Assembly: GCA_020350885.1 (NCBI GenBank)
Contig: CP070727.1
Coordinates: 3,664,017 to 3,728,016 of the forward strand
Source of the DNA: a bacterium
GTDB lineage: Bacteria; Krumholzibacteriota; Krumholzibacteriia; Krumholzibacteriales; Krumholzibacteriaceae
Direction of reading: 5' to 3'
Length of the DNA stretch: 64,000 nucleotides
Each line of letters begins with the position of its first letter. Position 1 is the first letter of the stretch. The notes under the pieces were generated by a model. The model searched no databases. It was not told the DNA's origin and worked only from the letters and a program-made list of their open reading frames with translations. Positions 1-9,236 of the stretch are shown one piece after another. The translations under genes and the position numbers were made by a program.

Positions 1-1
1 G

Positions 2-1306
2 CTGTGGCCGCTCAAGCTTCTGCGCGCTCTCTTCGGTGACGTCCGGGGGTCGCAGGAGATCGCACGCATGTTGGGCGAGACGGAATTCAACGGTGTCAGG
101 GTGATCCTCTTCCTCAAACCGCCCTGGACGTGGCTCATGAACCTTCATGACAAGTTCATAACCATCACAGCGATGAACGTTACCTTCAACCTCTTTCTCC
201 TCTGCTTCATTATCGTCGTGGCAAAGGCACTCACGGACAGGATCGAAATCAGGGCAGGCGTCATGCTTTTCTTTGTCACCCTCGGCGCAATGCTCTTCCA
301 TGTGGTAACAGGCATGGCGCTCGTACTGACGGTCATCGGTGCAAGCATGCTCCTGATCATATGGAGACGGATACAGAAGGCGCAGCTCCCGCCGGTCTTT
401 CAGTCGCTCGTTGTCCCCGGTTTTGCCTTGCTGGCACTGATCGCCGGACTCCCATACTTCCTCTCTCTCGCAGGAGGAGGCGGAGGTGGAAGCTTCATCC
501 GGGAACATGTGCATTTCGGCTACATCAATATCTTCACGATACTGGCCCCTCTCCTCGTTCTTTTTCCCTTCGTCCGCGCGGTCCTAAGAAAAGTCATGAG
601 ATGTGAGACGATCCACTTCGAAATCCTCGGCATGTGGCTCGTGTGCCTCCTGGTGATTGCCGTCTTCCTCGATTTACCGGGTCTCGGTGAAAACAAGGTT
701 ATCTTTCCCATCTTCATGCTCCTTTTCCCATTCATAACTTGGCGGATCGTCGAAATGTTACGCACACTCAGTGGCGTGAGGCGAACGATTCTACATATAT
801 GGCTGGCCGTACTCTTTGCAGTGCCTCCTTTCCTTGTTTTCCGGGGATTCATCCTCGAGCGGCCGAAAACAGCGCACTTCGCCAAACGACAACGTATCAC
901 GGACGAAGAGCGCGACATCTACGAGTGGATCCGCCGGAACACGGCGATCGATGCGGTGATCATAGAACGGAACTACTATCATCTGATGCCCGTCTACGCA
1001 CGGAGAAAGAACTTCGTACTCAATCCGACGATGATAGGGGTACATAACTACACGGGCGAGAATATCGATCGATACGTAGCCGTGCGCAACGAGCTCTTCT
1101 CGGACGAGCCGATCAGCGCGGAGACGATCCGATTCCTCAGGCGAAAAGAGATGGGCTTCTATGTCGTCATCTGGCGGGAGGATCTCGAGCAGGACCCGGA
1201 TCTCGATCTCCGGTTCCGGTCGCATCCGAACTGGTTTGAAATACAGTACGAAAATTCCGCCGGTACGGTCTATTACGTGAACCATGATAACGGCCTTAAA
1301 CAATAG
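2..1306 (+). CDS. Polytopic membrane protein with C-terminal soluble domain (GT-C-like glycosyltransferase?), 5' truncated by the window edge
   Basis: The reading frame is open from nt 2 through the annotated ORF at 68..1306. It has more than 8 hydrophobic helices, a Gly-rich loop (GGGGGGS) and a ~170-aa hydrophilic C-terminal domain. This architecture resembles ArnT/PMT/YfhO-type GT-C enzymes. The function is inference only. Confidence 0.4.
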   Translation: MWPLKLLRALFGDVRGSQEIARMLGETEFNGVRVILFLKPPWTWLMNLHDKFITITAMNVTFNLFLLCFIIVVAKALTDRIEIRAGVMLFFVTLGAMLFHVVTGMALVLTVIGASMLLIIWRRIQKAQLPPVFQSLVVPGFALLALIAGLPYFLSLAGGGGGGSFIREHVHFGYINIFTILAPLLVLFPFVRAVLRKVMRCETIHFEILGMWLVCLLVIAVFLDLPGLGENKVIFPIFMLLFPFITWRIVEMLRTLSGVRRTILHIWLAVLFAVPPFLVFRGFILERPKTAHFAKRQRITDEERDIYEWIRRNTAIDAVIIERNYYHLMPVYARRKNFVLNPTMIGVHNYTGENIDRYVAVRNELFSDEPISAETIRFLRRKEMGFYVVIWREDLEQDPDLDLRFRSHPNWFEIQYENSAGTVYYVNHDNGLKQ

Positions 1307-1321
1307 GAGGATCGAAGTACG

Positions 1322-2494
1322 ATGATTCGAGAGAAGATAGAGCAGGCCAAGGGCATTCTCAAGGAAGAAGGTATCGATCTCTGGGTAACATTTGTGAGGG
1401 AGAGCGAGGTCGTGGGAGATCCGGCTCTGGATCTCATCCTCGGAGCGAACTGCACCTGGCAGTCCGCATTCATGATCCCCGCCGAAGGAGAGGCTACAGC
1501 CATCGTCGGAAGCCTCGACGTATCCCGCATTAGAGAGACGGGCGGCTTCGAGGTCGTGGGCTACACCACCTCCATCAAGGAATCGCTTCTCGAGCATCTC
1601 GACCGCCTGAAACCCGGTAAGATCGCCATCAATTACTCCGAAAACGACTGCATGGCCGACGGTCTCTCGCACGGCATGTACCGGTTGCTTACGGGTTACC
1701 TCGAAGGCACGCCGTATCGGGAGGGGCTCGTGAGCTCCGAGAGTGTCATCTCCAAACTCAGAGGCCGGAAGAGCGCCGAGGAGATACGACGGATCACGGC
1801 GGCAGTGGAGCTAACGGAAGAGATCTTCTCCCGGGTCTCCACATTCATGAGACCGGGAATGACCGAAAAGGAGGTCGCCGCATTCATCCTCAAGGAGGTG
1901 GACAAGGAGGGTGTCGAGACCTCGTGGGAGCGTGCCCTCTGCCCGTCGGTCTTCACGGGGCCCGAATCGGCGGGCGCCCATGCGGGTCCGACGGACCGAA
2001 AGATCGAACGGGGGCACGTACTCAATATAGACTTCGGCGTTCGAGTGAACGGCTACTGCTCGGATCTCCAGAGGACCTGGTACTTCCTTCGTGAAGGCGA
2101 AACCACGGCACCGGACGACGTGTTACGGCCTTTCGAGACCATCAGGGAGGCTATCGCGCTGGCGGCCGAGCGGATACGCCCTGGTATGGAGGGTCGCGCA
2201 ATTGATGCACTCGCACGTAACTACATAACCGACAAGGGATACGACGAATATCCGCACGCGCTCGGGCACCAGGTCGGCCGCAGCACGCATGACGGTGCGG
2301 GCCTGCTCTGCCCCGAATGGGAGCGCTACGGCAATCTCCCGTATCTTGCAATCGAGGAAAACCAGGTATACACCATAGAGCCTCGTATCAATATTCCCGG
2401 CTTTGGTATCGCTACGATGGAAGAGATCATCGTCGTCCGCCCGGATGGCGGTGAATTCCTCTCACATCCGCAGCGGGAGCTCTTCCTGATATAG
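1322..2494 (+). CDS. M24 family Xaa-Pro aminopeptidase/dipeptidase
   Basis: The N-terminal creatinase-like region is followed by a pita-bread catalytic domain. The motif HALGHQVGRSTHDG matches the HxxGHxxGxxxH signature of M24 metal ligands, with EEI/E residues downstream. Confidence 0.8.
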   Translation: MIREKIEQAKGILKEEGIDLWVTFVRESEVVGDPALDLILGANCTWQSAFMIPAEGEATAIVGSLDVSRIRETGGFEVVGYTTSIKESLLEHLDRLKPGKIAINYSENDCMADGLSHGMYRLLTGYLEGTPYREGLVSSESVISKLRGRKSAEEIRRITAAVELTEEIFSRVSTFMRPGMTEKEVAAFILKEVDKEGVETSWERALCPSVFTGPESAGAHAGPTDRKIERGHVLNIDFGVRVNGYCSDLQRTWYFLREGETTAPDDVLRPFETIREAIALAAERIRPGMEGRAIDALARNYITDKGYDEYPHALGHQVGRSTHDGAGLLCPEWERYGNLPYLAIEENQVYTIEPRINIPGFGIATMEEIIVVRPDGGEFLSHPQRELFLI

Positions 2495-2531
2495 GATACG
2501 GTGGGAAAATTTCTACTCCCGGGTACCTTTT

Positions 2532-4016
2532 TTGCTTATACTTACATGTGGTATGAGGGAACTCAAACCTATATTCATGGAACGGGTGGAACCGGGACGG
2601 TGGCCCGTCCTGCGGTCGCTTTTCGATCGTATCCGGCCGATCTTCTTTACCCTGGCGGTGGGGCTCATCGCCGGCTGGCAGATCTACAACCCTTCCAAGC
2701 GTGTCATCGAGGCGATCGTCGGACTCGTGCTCGTGTTCCTGCTCTGGCAGTACTCGACCCTCAGCGCCCTTTGGATGCTCCTGCTTATATACCCCTTCCC
2801 GTTCGCCATTGCGGTCGGCACCTCGACACTTATATTCACCGTAATCATATTCATTATCTATCTCATCAGGGTTTCGGCGGGTTTGGACAAGATCCATGCA
2901 GCGGGCAGCTTCAACCTTCCAATCATCCTGTTCTCTATCGCACTCATTATATCCTTCTATAACTTCAAGCCATCCCCTTACGCCTCACGCTATGCCTTCT
3001 CACTCGCAACCAACTACTTCGGATCGATCATCCTGTTCCTGATGGTAATCAACTTCATCGACGATGAAGCGAAACTGAGAAAGACGGTAAAAGTGGCGAT
3101 GACCACCCTCGGCCTCATCGTTTTCTTCACACTTTATGAGATGCTCTTTCCCGGCAAAGTGCTCGTTCCCGGCTGGCTCGCCACCCACCACAGGGAACAA
3201 CTCATCATGAAAGGCATACGGTTGGCTGGGCCGTTTCGGGACTTCGAGCTACTCGCCGAGTTCTTCGCAATGAATATACCGATCGTATTCTATATGTTCA
3301 TCCGCTCGAAAAGGCTGGCAACGCGATCACTCTATGCCCTGCTTCTCGTCGGGACACTCTTCATGCTCTTCGCCACAGTCACGCGCGGCGCCTTCATCAG
3401 CCTTACTATAGCAGTCATTTACATGGCATTTCTGTGTAGGAAGGACCTCAGCTTCGTACGGATCGTCTCGATCACCGCAACCATTATTCTCGTCGTCGTG
3501 GTGCTGGAAGGATTCGTTGCCCGGTATACGATATCAGGATCAATGTTTCAACGGCTCTCGCAAACGACCCTCGAACGTGGAGTAATCCCGGATACGCGCA
3601 TACTTTCCTGGGGATACGCCGTGGAGCGTGCGATGGAGCACCCGATTATCGGGCACAGCCCGGGTTGGGACTTCTCGAAGAAGCTCGAACGTGAAATGTA
3701 CCCTCACAGCGGGTACCTCTTCATACTGAATATAACCGGATTTTTCGGACTCCTCTCATTCATCTATCTACTCTTCCGTTTGGTGAAGACATCGATGATA
3801 AGCATCAAGGAATCACTGATACATTCATCATTCCCGGCCGGTCTCCTGAAGATCCTCCATGTATCGCTTACAATCTTCATTATCGATCAGATCAAGATCG
3901 AGTATCTCAGAAACGACATCTACGGATATTTCGTCTTGTTCTTCTTCGGTCTCATCGCCGCAACGAACGTAATCATCCGCAAACAAAAAGGGGAACAGGG
4001 TAGTCCTGTTCCCTAG
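2532..4016 (+). CDS. O-antigen ligase / Wzy_C family polytopic membrane protein
   Basis: There are about 12 TM helices. A large loop carries RGAFISL...HPIIGHSPGWDF...YPHSGYLFIL, which resembles the Wzy_C His/Gly loop. Confidence 0.5.
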   Translation: MLILTCGMRELKPIFMERVEPGRWPVLRSLFDRIRPIFFTLAVGLIAGWQIYNPSKRVIEAIVGLVLVFLLWQYSTLSALWMLLLIYPFPFAIAVGTSTLIFTVIIFIIYLIRVSAGLDKIHAAGSFNLPIILFSIALIISFYNFKPSPYASRYAFSLATNYFGSIILFLMVINFIDDEAKLRKTVKVAMTTLGLIVFFTLYEMLFPGKVLVPGWLATHHREQLIMKGIRLAGPFRDFELLAEFFAMNIPIVFYMFIRSKRLATRSLYALLLVGTLFMLFATVTRGAFISLTIAVIYMAFLCRKDLSFVRIVSITATIILVVVVLEGFVARYTISGSMFQRLSQTTLERGVIPDTRILSWGYAVERAMEHPIIGHSPGWDFSKKLEREMYPHSGYLFILNITGFFGLLSFIYLLFRLVKTSMISIKESLIHSSFPAGLLKILHVSLTIFIIDQIKIEYLRNDIYGYFVLFFFGLIAATNVIIRKQKGEQGSPVP

Positions 4017-4045
4017 ATTCCACACTGACCGGCATTCCCTTACGA

Positions 4046-4990
4046 TCACTTCACTAGATACCTGCCGCCTTTAATGATCGTTTTAGTGCCGGCCGTGAGT
4101 GTTACCTTGTCCACGAGTGCATCGAAGTGAAACTTGCTCTTGTTCTTGCCGAGACCGTAGCTGTCTCCGATGGCGAAGTGAACGGTTCCGAATGCCTTTT
4201 CCGCCTCGAGCATATTCTTGCAGATCTTGGCCCCCCGGTTCGTACCGATACCGAACTCGCCGATGATCCTGCCCGTTGGATCCTTCCCGATGCCCTTGAG
4301 AATCTCCTTGATACCCTTGCCCTTGAAATCGACGAGTGTTCCCTTCTCGAAGATCATCTCGCCGCGGCCGATCTTGTCGTCGATCAGGCTGAAAACGATA
4401 CGGCCGGTGAAGGTACGCTCCACCGGGCAAGTGTAGCATTCACCGGCTGGAAGATTACCATGCATTCCTTTCTTGCTGATATCCCCGTTATCGTTCTCCC
4501 ATTTCCTTCCCTTCACGCTGAAGGTGATATCGGTGCCGAACCGGTTGGTTACACGAACATCGGGACAATCCTTGATGATCCGGATCACCTTCCGCGTGAG
4601 CCGATCCATGTTCTTGAAGTCGATATTCACGAGCCGTTCCATCATGTCGACAGTGATCCCCGGCATCATACAGATACGTCCATACTTGAATCCGGCCTCG
4701 ACCATGAATCCCCTAAAGGGTTTCTCCTCGATCCGCGCATCGAGCATGTAGACGATCACATTCGCCTTCTTGATCATGTTCTCGAAAAGCGATGTCGGCC
4801 CCGTGATGGGACGGAGCGTCTCCGTCATGAGATAGGTAGTAACCTCGGCCCCGCTCTTCTTCGCCCATAAGGCGAGGGCCTCGGCGATACGCATCTTTTG
4901 GCGATCGGTAACGAGCAGCAGCTTCTCGTTTCTCTTCACCTTGAGCGAGCTGATGATCGCCTTCTTCCCCGCACTGATGAGTTTGTTCAT
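4046..4990 (-). CDS. Aminopeptidase, M29 (AmpS/PepS)-like family
   Basis: The start was chosen at MNKLISAG (ATG at 4990). The ORF track extends further upstream. The GEFGIGTN and HFAIGDSYG motifs resemble thermophilic aminopeptidase T-like proteins. The family assignment is tentative. Confidence 0.45.
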   Translation of the reverse strand: MNKLISAGKKAIISSLKVKRNEKLLLVTDRQKMRIAEALALWAKKSGAEVTTYLMTETLRPITGPTSLFENMIKKANVIVYMLDARIEEKPFRGFMVEAGFKYGRICMMPGITVDMMERLVNIDFKNMDRLTRKVIRIIKDCPDVRVTNRFGTDITFSVKGRKWENDNGDISKKGMHGNLPAGECYTCPVERTFTGRIVFSLIDDKIGRGEMIFEKGTLVDFKGKGIKEILKGIGKDPTGRIIGEFGIGTNRGAKICKNMLEAEKAFGTVHFAIGDSYGLGKNKSKFHFDALVDKVTLTAGTKTIIKGGRYLVK

Positions 4991-5173
4991 CCGCCTTCCC
5001 TCCTTGATGGATAGAGCTTGATCTGATCCAGTCCTATCGTCGTACCCCCGCATCTGGATATGGGCTACGGGGCAGGGCACAGGATACTCTATGAACGCCG
5101 GTTCGGGCAAGCGCGATGTTGAAAGCCATCCGGCTCTCATTGTAAATACCGGTTGACCCCAGCCGGATCCAAA

Positions 5174-5506
5174 TCACCGCAGAAGCACCATCTTCCTTGT
5201 GAGGGATCGGCCTTCTACCGTGAGGCGCATGAAATACACTCCGCTCATAAGCATCCTGCCGACGGCATCGGTGCCGTTCCAAGTGACCGAGTACTGTCCC
5301 GGTGGCAGAAAATCCCGTAGGACGGTGGTTACCCGGCGGCCTGCGACATCGAATACATCGAGGACCACGCTTCTCTTTCCGTTATACATGTCGACCGCTC
5401 CTCCCACCATGAAGCGGATCGTCGTGGTGGGATTGAAGGGGTTGGGGTAGTTCTGAGCGAGCGCCGTACCGACGGCCGGCGTCCGGGCGGGGGTCAGGTC
5501 GCTCAC
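5174..5506 (-). pseudogene. T9SS (Por) C-terminal sorting domain fragment, frame-shifted relative to the M14 carboxypeptidase
   Basis: It contains the canonical type-A T9SS C-terminal motif (QNYPNPFNPTTTIRF...GVYFMRL). It has no ATG start of its own. Its first codon overlaps the stop codon of the 5503..7491 ORF in a different frame. Confidence 0.6.
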
Positions 5507-7491
5507 CGTATGGAAGACGGTGTTGCTCCGAGGCTCTTGTGGCCTTCATCATCGATCGCCCGGACGAGGTAGGCGAATTCACCCGTCTCCTCGGGCCACC
5601 GGTGGTAGACGGTATCGGGGTGCGCCTCAGCCAGCACGGTTCTCTTCTCGTAGGAGGATACCGGGTAGATGAGGTCTACGTAGAATCCCTCGTTGGTGAC
5701 ATAGTCATCGGTGATGTAGCTGAAGCGGAGCAGGATGATGAGGTCGGGCCAGATGATGCCAAGCTGATCGAGGTAGAACTCGGCTGAGATCCAACCACCG
5801 GATAAACCCGTGATCCCGTTACCGCGATTATTCCCGTTTGGGTCGCTGGTGGTCGTCCTATCTCCGGGCACGGTTTGCCATGTCAGGCCCTGATCAATGC
5901 TCGCCTCTAGGTAGGCGTAATCCCAGTCCTGCTCGATATCGTACCACAGATAGCAGGAGAGTGTATCGCCCAAGTTGAACGGGTAGATTGCATCCATGCT
6001 CAGGTAGTGTGAGAGATTATCACCGCTACCCGAGTAGAAGCTGTAGATCCCCGCATACGAGCGTGATGGGGAGAGTGTGAAACCATCCGTCGTCCAGAGG
6101 GTGTCACCGGCCTCGCACGAGTCGACGACACCGGAGAGGTTTTTAAACTCGACGAGCTCCCACGAGACAGCCTGGTTGGGATCGGATGGGCTCGGACCGT
6201 TCCAGGTAAGCTCGTAATTGGGCGGATTCAGCATCACTATATCCTCCAACACCGGCGCATAGGGTCCGAGGACACTGTACGGATTATCCGCCCTCCTGAG
6301 TAGGGTCAGGTTGAGGCCGAGCACCTTGTTGAACGTCGGCAGAATGAGATCATCGGGCGGTCCGAATCCCCCGTCCTCGTAGGTATTCATCTCGATCGTG
6401 AAACAGGGGAAACTGTTCTTTTGTACCGCCTCCCCGTATGCCCAGTCGCCGGTATCCCCGTTCGTAGGATACAGGACATCCATGGCCGTGCAGCCCGGTG
6501 TGTAGTCGTTGCCTCGTCTCAGGGAATCGGCGAGGGTGATGAAGAGCTCATGATCGTCGGTGTAGATCGGTGCGTATCCCCACGGGAAGAGGATCAGCTC
6601 TCCGTACGTGTGGTACGAGAGGGCCAGTGTAAAGGACCGTCCGGCACAGAAGTCCCGCACAGCCTGAGTCTCCGGTTCGCTGAACGGTGCAGTACCCCGG
6701 TAGACTTCGGATGATGGACTCGGTGAGCTCCCGATGTCGTCGTAGCCCCACATGTAGCTATAGTTCCGGTTTGGATCCACACCGAATGAGCCGTCCCCGT
6801 TATCTCGCCGGTTCTTTCTCCACCACTGCCACCACGGGTCGCTGTGATTGTTTTGCACATAGACGTGGCCGTCCGGATTGATCATCGGGGCGATCCAGAT
6901 CTCGCGCCCTTCGACGAGACCGGTGATCTCGGAGCTCGTACCGTAGTTGTCGAGGAGGTACTGAGCGAGCCTGAGCGGAACATCGACCGACATGATCTCC
7001 CGTGCATGGTGGCATCCCATGATGAGTACCTCGGGCTCATCCTCGTCCGTACCGGCGTTATCGGAGATCTTGATCGCCCGTATCAGCCGGCCCTCTATGC
7101 TCGTCCCGAGGGTATCCAATCTCGCCAGCGTGGGATAGGTCGAGACCAATGCGTCGAGAACAACATTCATCTCGTCGTACGTATGGTACAGGCCGAGGTT
7201 CTCGTCGAGCTGGGTGGGGGCAGCGTGCTCGGCGCGTTCGAGGACGGCGACGATCACGCCCTTCGATCGCAACCAGTCGAGCTGCTCGTCCGTCACGGCG
7301 CAGTCCACCCTCCCATCACGGTACAGGGCAAGCACATCGACACCGCCTCGTACAAGCTCACTGTACGTAAGGTTCCTTCCGAGCCTCGTCCGGATCAGGG
7401 CCGATGCCGGACGGTCACCGGCGCGAGGCGATACCGCCAACACCGCCAGCACGAGTGCCGTAGAAACAAAAAGAGAAAACGCTTTCTTCAC
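5503..7491 (-). CDS. Secreted zinc carboxypeptidase, M14 family (body; C-terminal T9SS domain lies in a different frame)
   Basis: It has a signal peptide (MKKAFSLFVSTALVLAVLAVSP). The M14 motifs GCHHAREIMS (HxxE zinc ligands) are present. The sequence downstream is rich in beta strands. Confidence 0.8.
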   Translation of the reverse strand: MKKAFSLFVSTALVLAVLAVSPRAGDRPASALIRTRLGRNLTYSELVRGGVDVLALYRDGRVDCAVTDEQLDWLRSKGVIVAVLERAEHAAPTQLDENLGLYHTYDEMNVVLDALVSTYPTLARLDTLGTSIEGRLIRAIKISDNAGTDEDEPEVLIMGCHHAREIMSVDVPLRLAQYLLDNYGTSSEITGLVEGREIWIAPMINPDGHVYVQNNHSDPWWQWWRKNRRDNGDGSFGVDPNRNYSYMWGYDDIGSSPSPSSEVYRGTAPFSEPETQAVRDFCAGRSFTLALSYHTYGELILFPWGYAPIYTDDHELFITLADSLRRGNDYTPGCTAMDVLYPTNGDTGDWAYGEAVQKNSFPCFTIEMNTYEDGGFGPPDDLILPTFNKVLGLNLTLLRRADNPYSVLGPYAPVLEDIVMLNPPNYELTWNGPSPSDPNQAVSWELVEFKNLSGVVDSCEAGDTLWTTDGFTLSPSRSYAGIYSFYSGSGDNLSHYLSMDAIYPFNLGDTLSCYLWYDIEQDWDYAYLEASIDQGLTWQTVPGDRTTTSDPNGNNRGNGITGLSGGWISAEFYLDQLGIIWPDLIILLRFSYITDDYVTNEGFYVDLIYPVSSYEKRTVLAEAHPDTVYHRWPEETGEFAYLVRAIDDEGHKSLGATPSSIR

Positions 7492-7599
7492 TGGTCCCTC
7501 CTCGATATTCCTCCGTCGTCACGATAACATTCCATTGAAAATCCCCACAGTTACAATAATGATAACATATTACGGGTATTAAGGAAAGAGATGTCTTCA

Positions 7600-7628
7600 T
7601 TGACATTTATACGGGTTTTCCATATATA
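7600..7628 (+). promoter_or_regulatory. Sigma70-like promoter (TTGACA-17-TATATA) ending 8 nt before the ATG at 7636 (near-leaderless mRNA)
   Basis: TTGACA lies at 7600-7605, followed by a 17-nt spacer and TATATA at 7623-7628. The start codon is at 7636. Confidence 0.4.
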
Positions 7629-7635
7629 GAATACA

Positions 7636-9231
7636 ATGAGCAGAAAGACACTTCTCATCGGCCTCGACGGGGCAAGCTTCGATCTCCTGGAACCGTGGAT
7701 CAGGCAGGGGAAGCTGGCCGTTTTCTCATCGATTCTCGAGCGTGGCGTACACGGGATCCTCAAGAGCACGATCCCGTGTCAGACCTGCCCCGCCGTCCCC
7801 TCGCTGTACACGGGGAAGAATCCGGGCAATACGGGACTGTTCTCGTTTCTGGATCCGGACGGCAATCTCGTCACGAGTGCGACCCTCCCCGATAAACCCC
7901 TCTGGGAGATCCTGAACGAACACGGTAAACGGGTTGTCGTTCTGAACCTCCAGACCACCTATCCGGCGGAGAAAATCGATGGGGCCATGGTCTGTCATAC
8001 GAACCATCCCGAGGGCAAGAACGACCTCTGGCACCCCGCCGATCTAGCCCCCCTCCTTTCCGATTTCTACCAGGGTACGGACGATTTCAATCGAGAACAC
8101 GATCTTCTCTATGACGGGGATGAGACGGGGGTTCGGCAAACGTACGAACTCGTGGAAAAGCGGTATGAGATCTTCGAAAGGATCATTGACCGTATCGATC
8201 CGCAATTCGCTGTTTTCTGGATCGCCAAGAGTGATGACGTGCATCACTTTTCATGGCGGCATCCGGATAGGATCCTTGAATTCTATCAACACATGGAAAA
8301 GTTACTGAAACGTATAATCGATACACACGATGATACTGATATATTGATCGTATCGGATCACGGTGTGGCAGACATGCCGGAGCACACATTCGCTATCAAC
8401 GAATGGCTTTCTCGCGAAGGGTACTTCGTCAGACGGACTTCACTTACGACAGCGATCAAATGCAGAATACGGAGCTTTCTCCTGGCACACCTGCCGGTCT
8501 CCATTCTCAACAAACTCGTCGCATTGCGGGAACGGAGGGCACAAAAGAAAGATACTACGACGGTAACAACAGAGAAAGCCGTGCTCGTGGATATGCGAGC
8601 GAAGCTCGTCGATGTCGATTGGAAAACGACACGCGCATACTGTGAAAACGCATGGGGTATCAGGCTCAACAGGAAGATCGTCGATTCCAATTCAAAAGAG
8701 TTCGATACGTTGCGGGACGAAATCATACGACAAATGAAAGAACTTACGATAGACGGAGTCAGAATCTTCAGGGAAGTCCACACGCGTAAAGAGCTCTATC
8801 CCGGAAAGTATGTCGAACAGCTACCCGACATCATCTTTACACTCGGTCCCAAACTAGCCCTCGATCGGCAGGAATACGGCGGGCTTCTCAAGCCGTACAA
8901 GCCAAGGGCCAAATACGGCTACCATACATACGAACGCGACGGCATATTCATCGGAGTGGGTCCCGACTTCAAGAGAAACCACAGAACAGCCCCTATGGAA
9001 ATCTATGATATTCCACCTCTCATACTCTTCCTGAATGACCTGCCTGTACCGAAGGATTTTGACGGATCGGTCCATAAGGAGATCCTCGCGGAGGATTCAG
9101 CCTATGCGGGCAAGGATGTAGAGTATACGGACGCACGGTCCATCCGGAAACGGAAGGTGCGGGATATAACGGAGAGAGAGCGGGAAGAAATGATGGACTC
9201 TCTTCGCGCCCTCGGGTACCTGGACGAGTAA
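7636..9231 (+). CDS. Alkaline-phosphatase-superfamily phosphodiesterase/pyrophosphatase (COG3379-like type I phosphodiesterase)
   Basis: LLIGLDGASFDLLE is a metal-site GLDG motif. TIPCQTCPAVPSLYTGKNP matches the NPP-type T-x-P...TG nucleophile motif. The downstream region carries DHG...H motifs. Confidence 0.75.
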   Translation: MSRKTLLIGLDGASFDLLEPWIRQGKLAVFSSILERGVHGILKSTIPCQTCPAVPSLYTGKNPGNTGLFSFLDPDGNLVTSATLPDKPLWEILNEHGKRVVVLNLQTTYPAEKIDGAMVCHTNHPEGKNDLWHPADLAPLLSDFYQGTDDFNREHDLLYDGDETGVRQTYELVEKRYEIFERIIDRIDPQFAVFWIAKSDDVHHFSWRHPDRILEFYQHMEKLLKRIIDTHDDTDILIVSDHGVADMPEHTFAINEWLSREGYFVRRTSLTTAIKCRIRSFLLAHLPVSILNKLVALRERRAQKKDTTTVTTEKAVLVDMRAKLVDVDWKTTRAYCENAWGIRLNRKIVDSNSKEFDTLRDEIIRQMKELTIDGVRIFREVHTRKELYPGKYVEQLPDIIFTLGPKLALDRQEYGGLLKPYKPRAKYGYHTYERDGIFIGVGPDFKRNHRTAPMEIYDIPPLILFLNDLPVPKDFDGSVHKEILAEDSAYAGKDVEYTDARSIRKRKVRDITEREREEMMDSLRALGYLDE

Positions 9232-9236
9232 AGGCG

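Noticed and set aside
791-1672. 293-aa minus-strand ORF overlapping the GT-C-like and M24 peptidase genes
   Set aside because: It is antisense to two genes with good coding signatures and has no motifs. It is a GC-frame artefact.
4127-4870. 247-aa plus-strand ORF antisense to the aminopeptidase gene
   Set aside because: It fully overlaps the better-supported minus-strand gene. Its composition is biased toward Asp/Glu/Leu from antisense GC codons.
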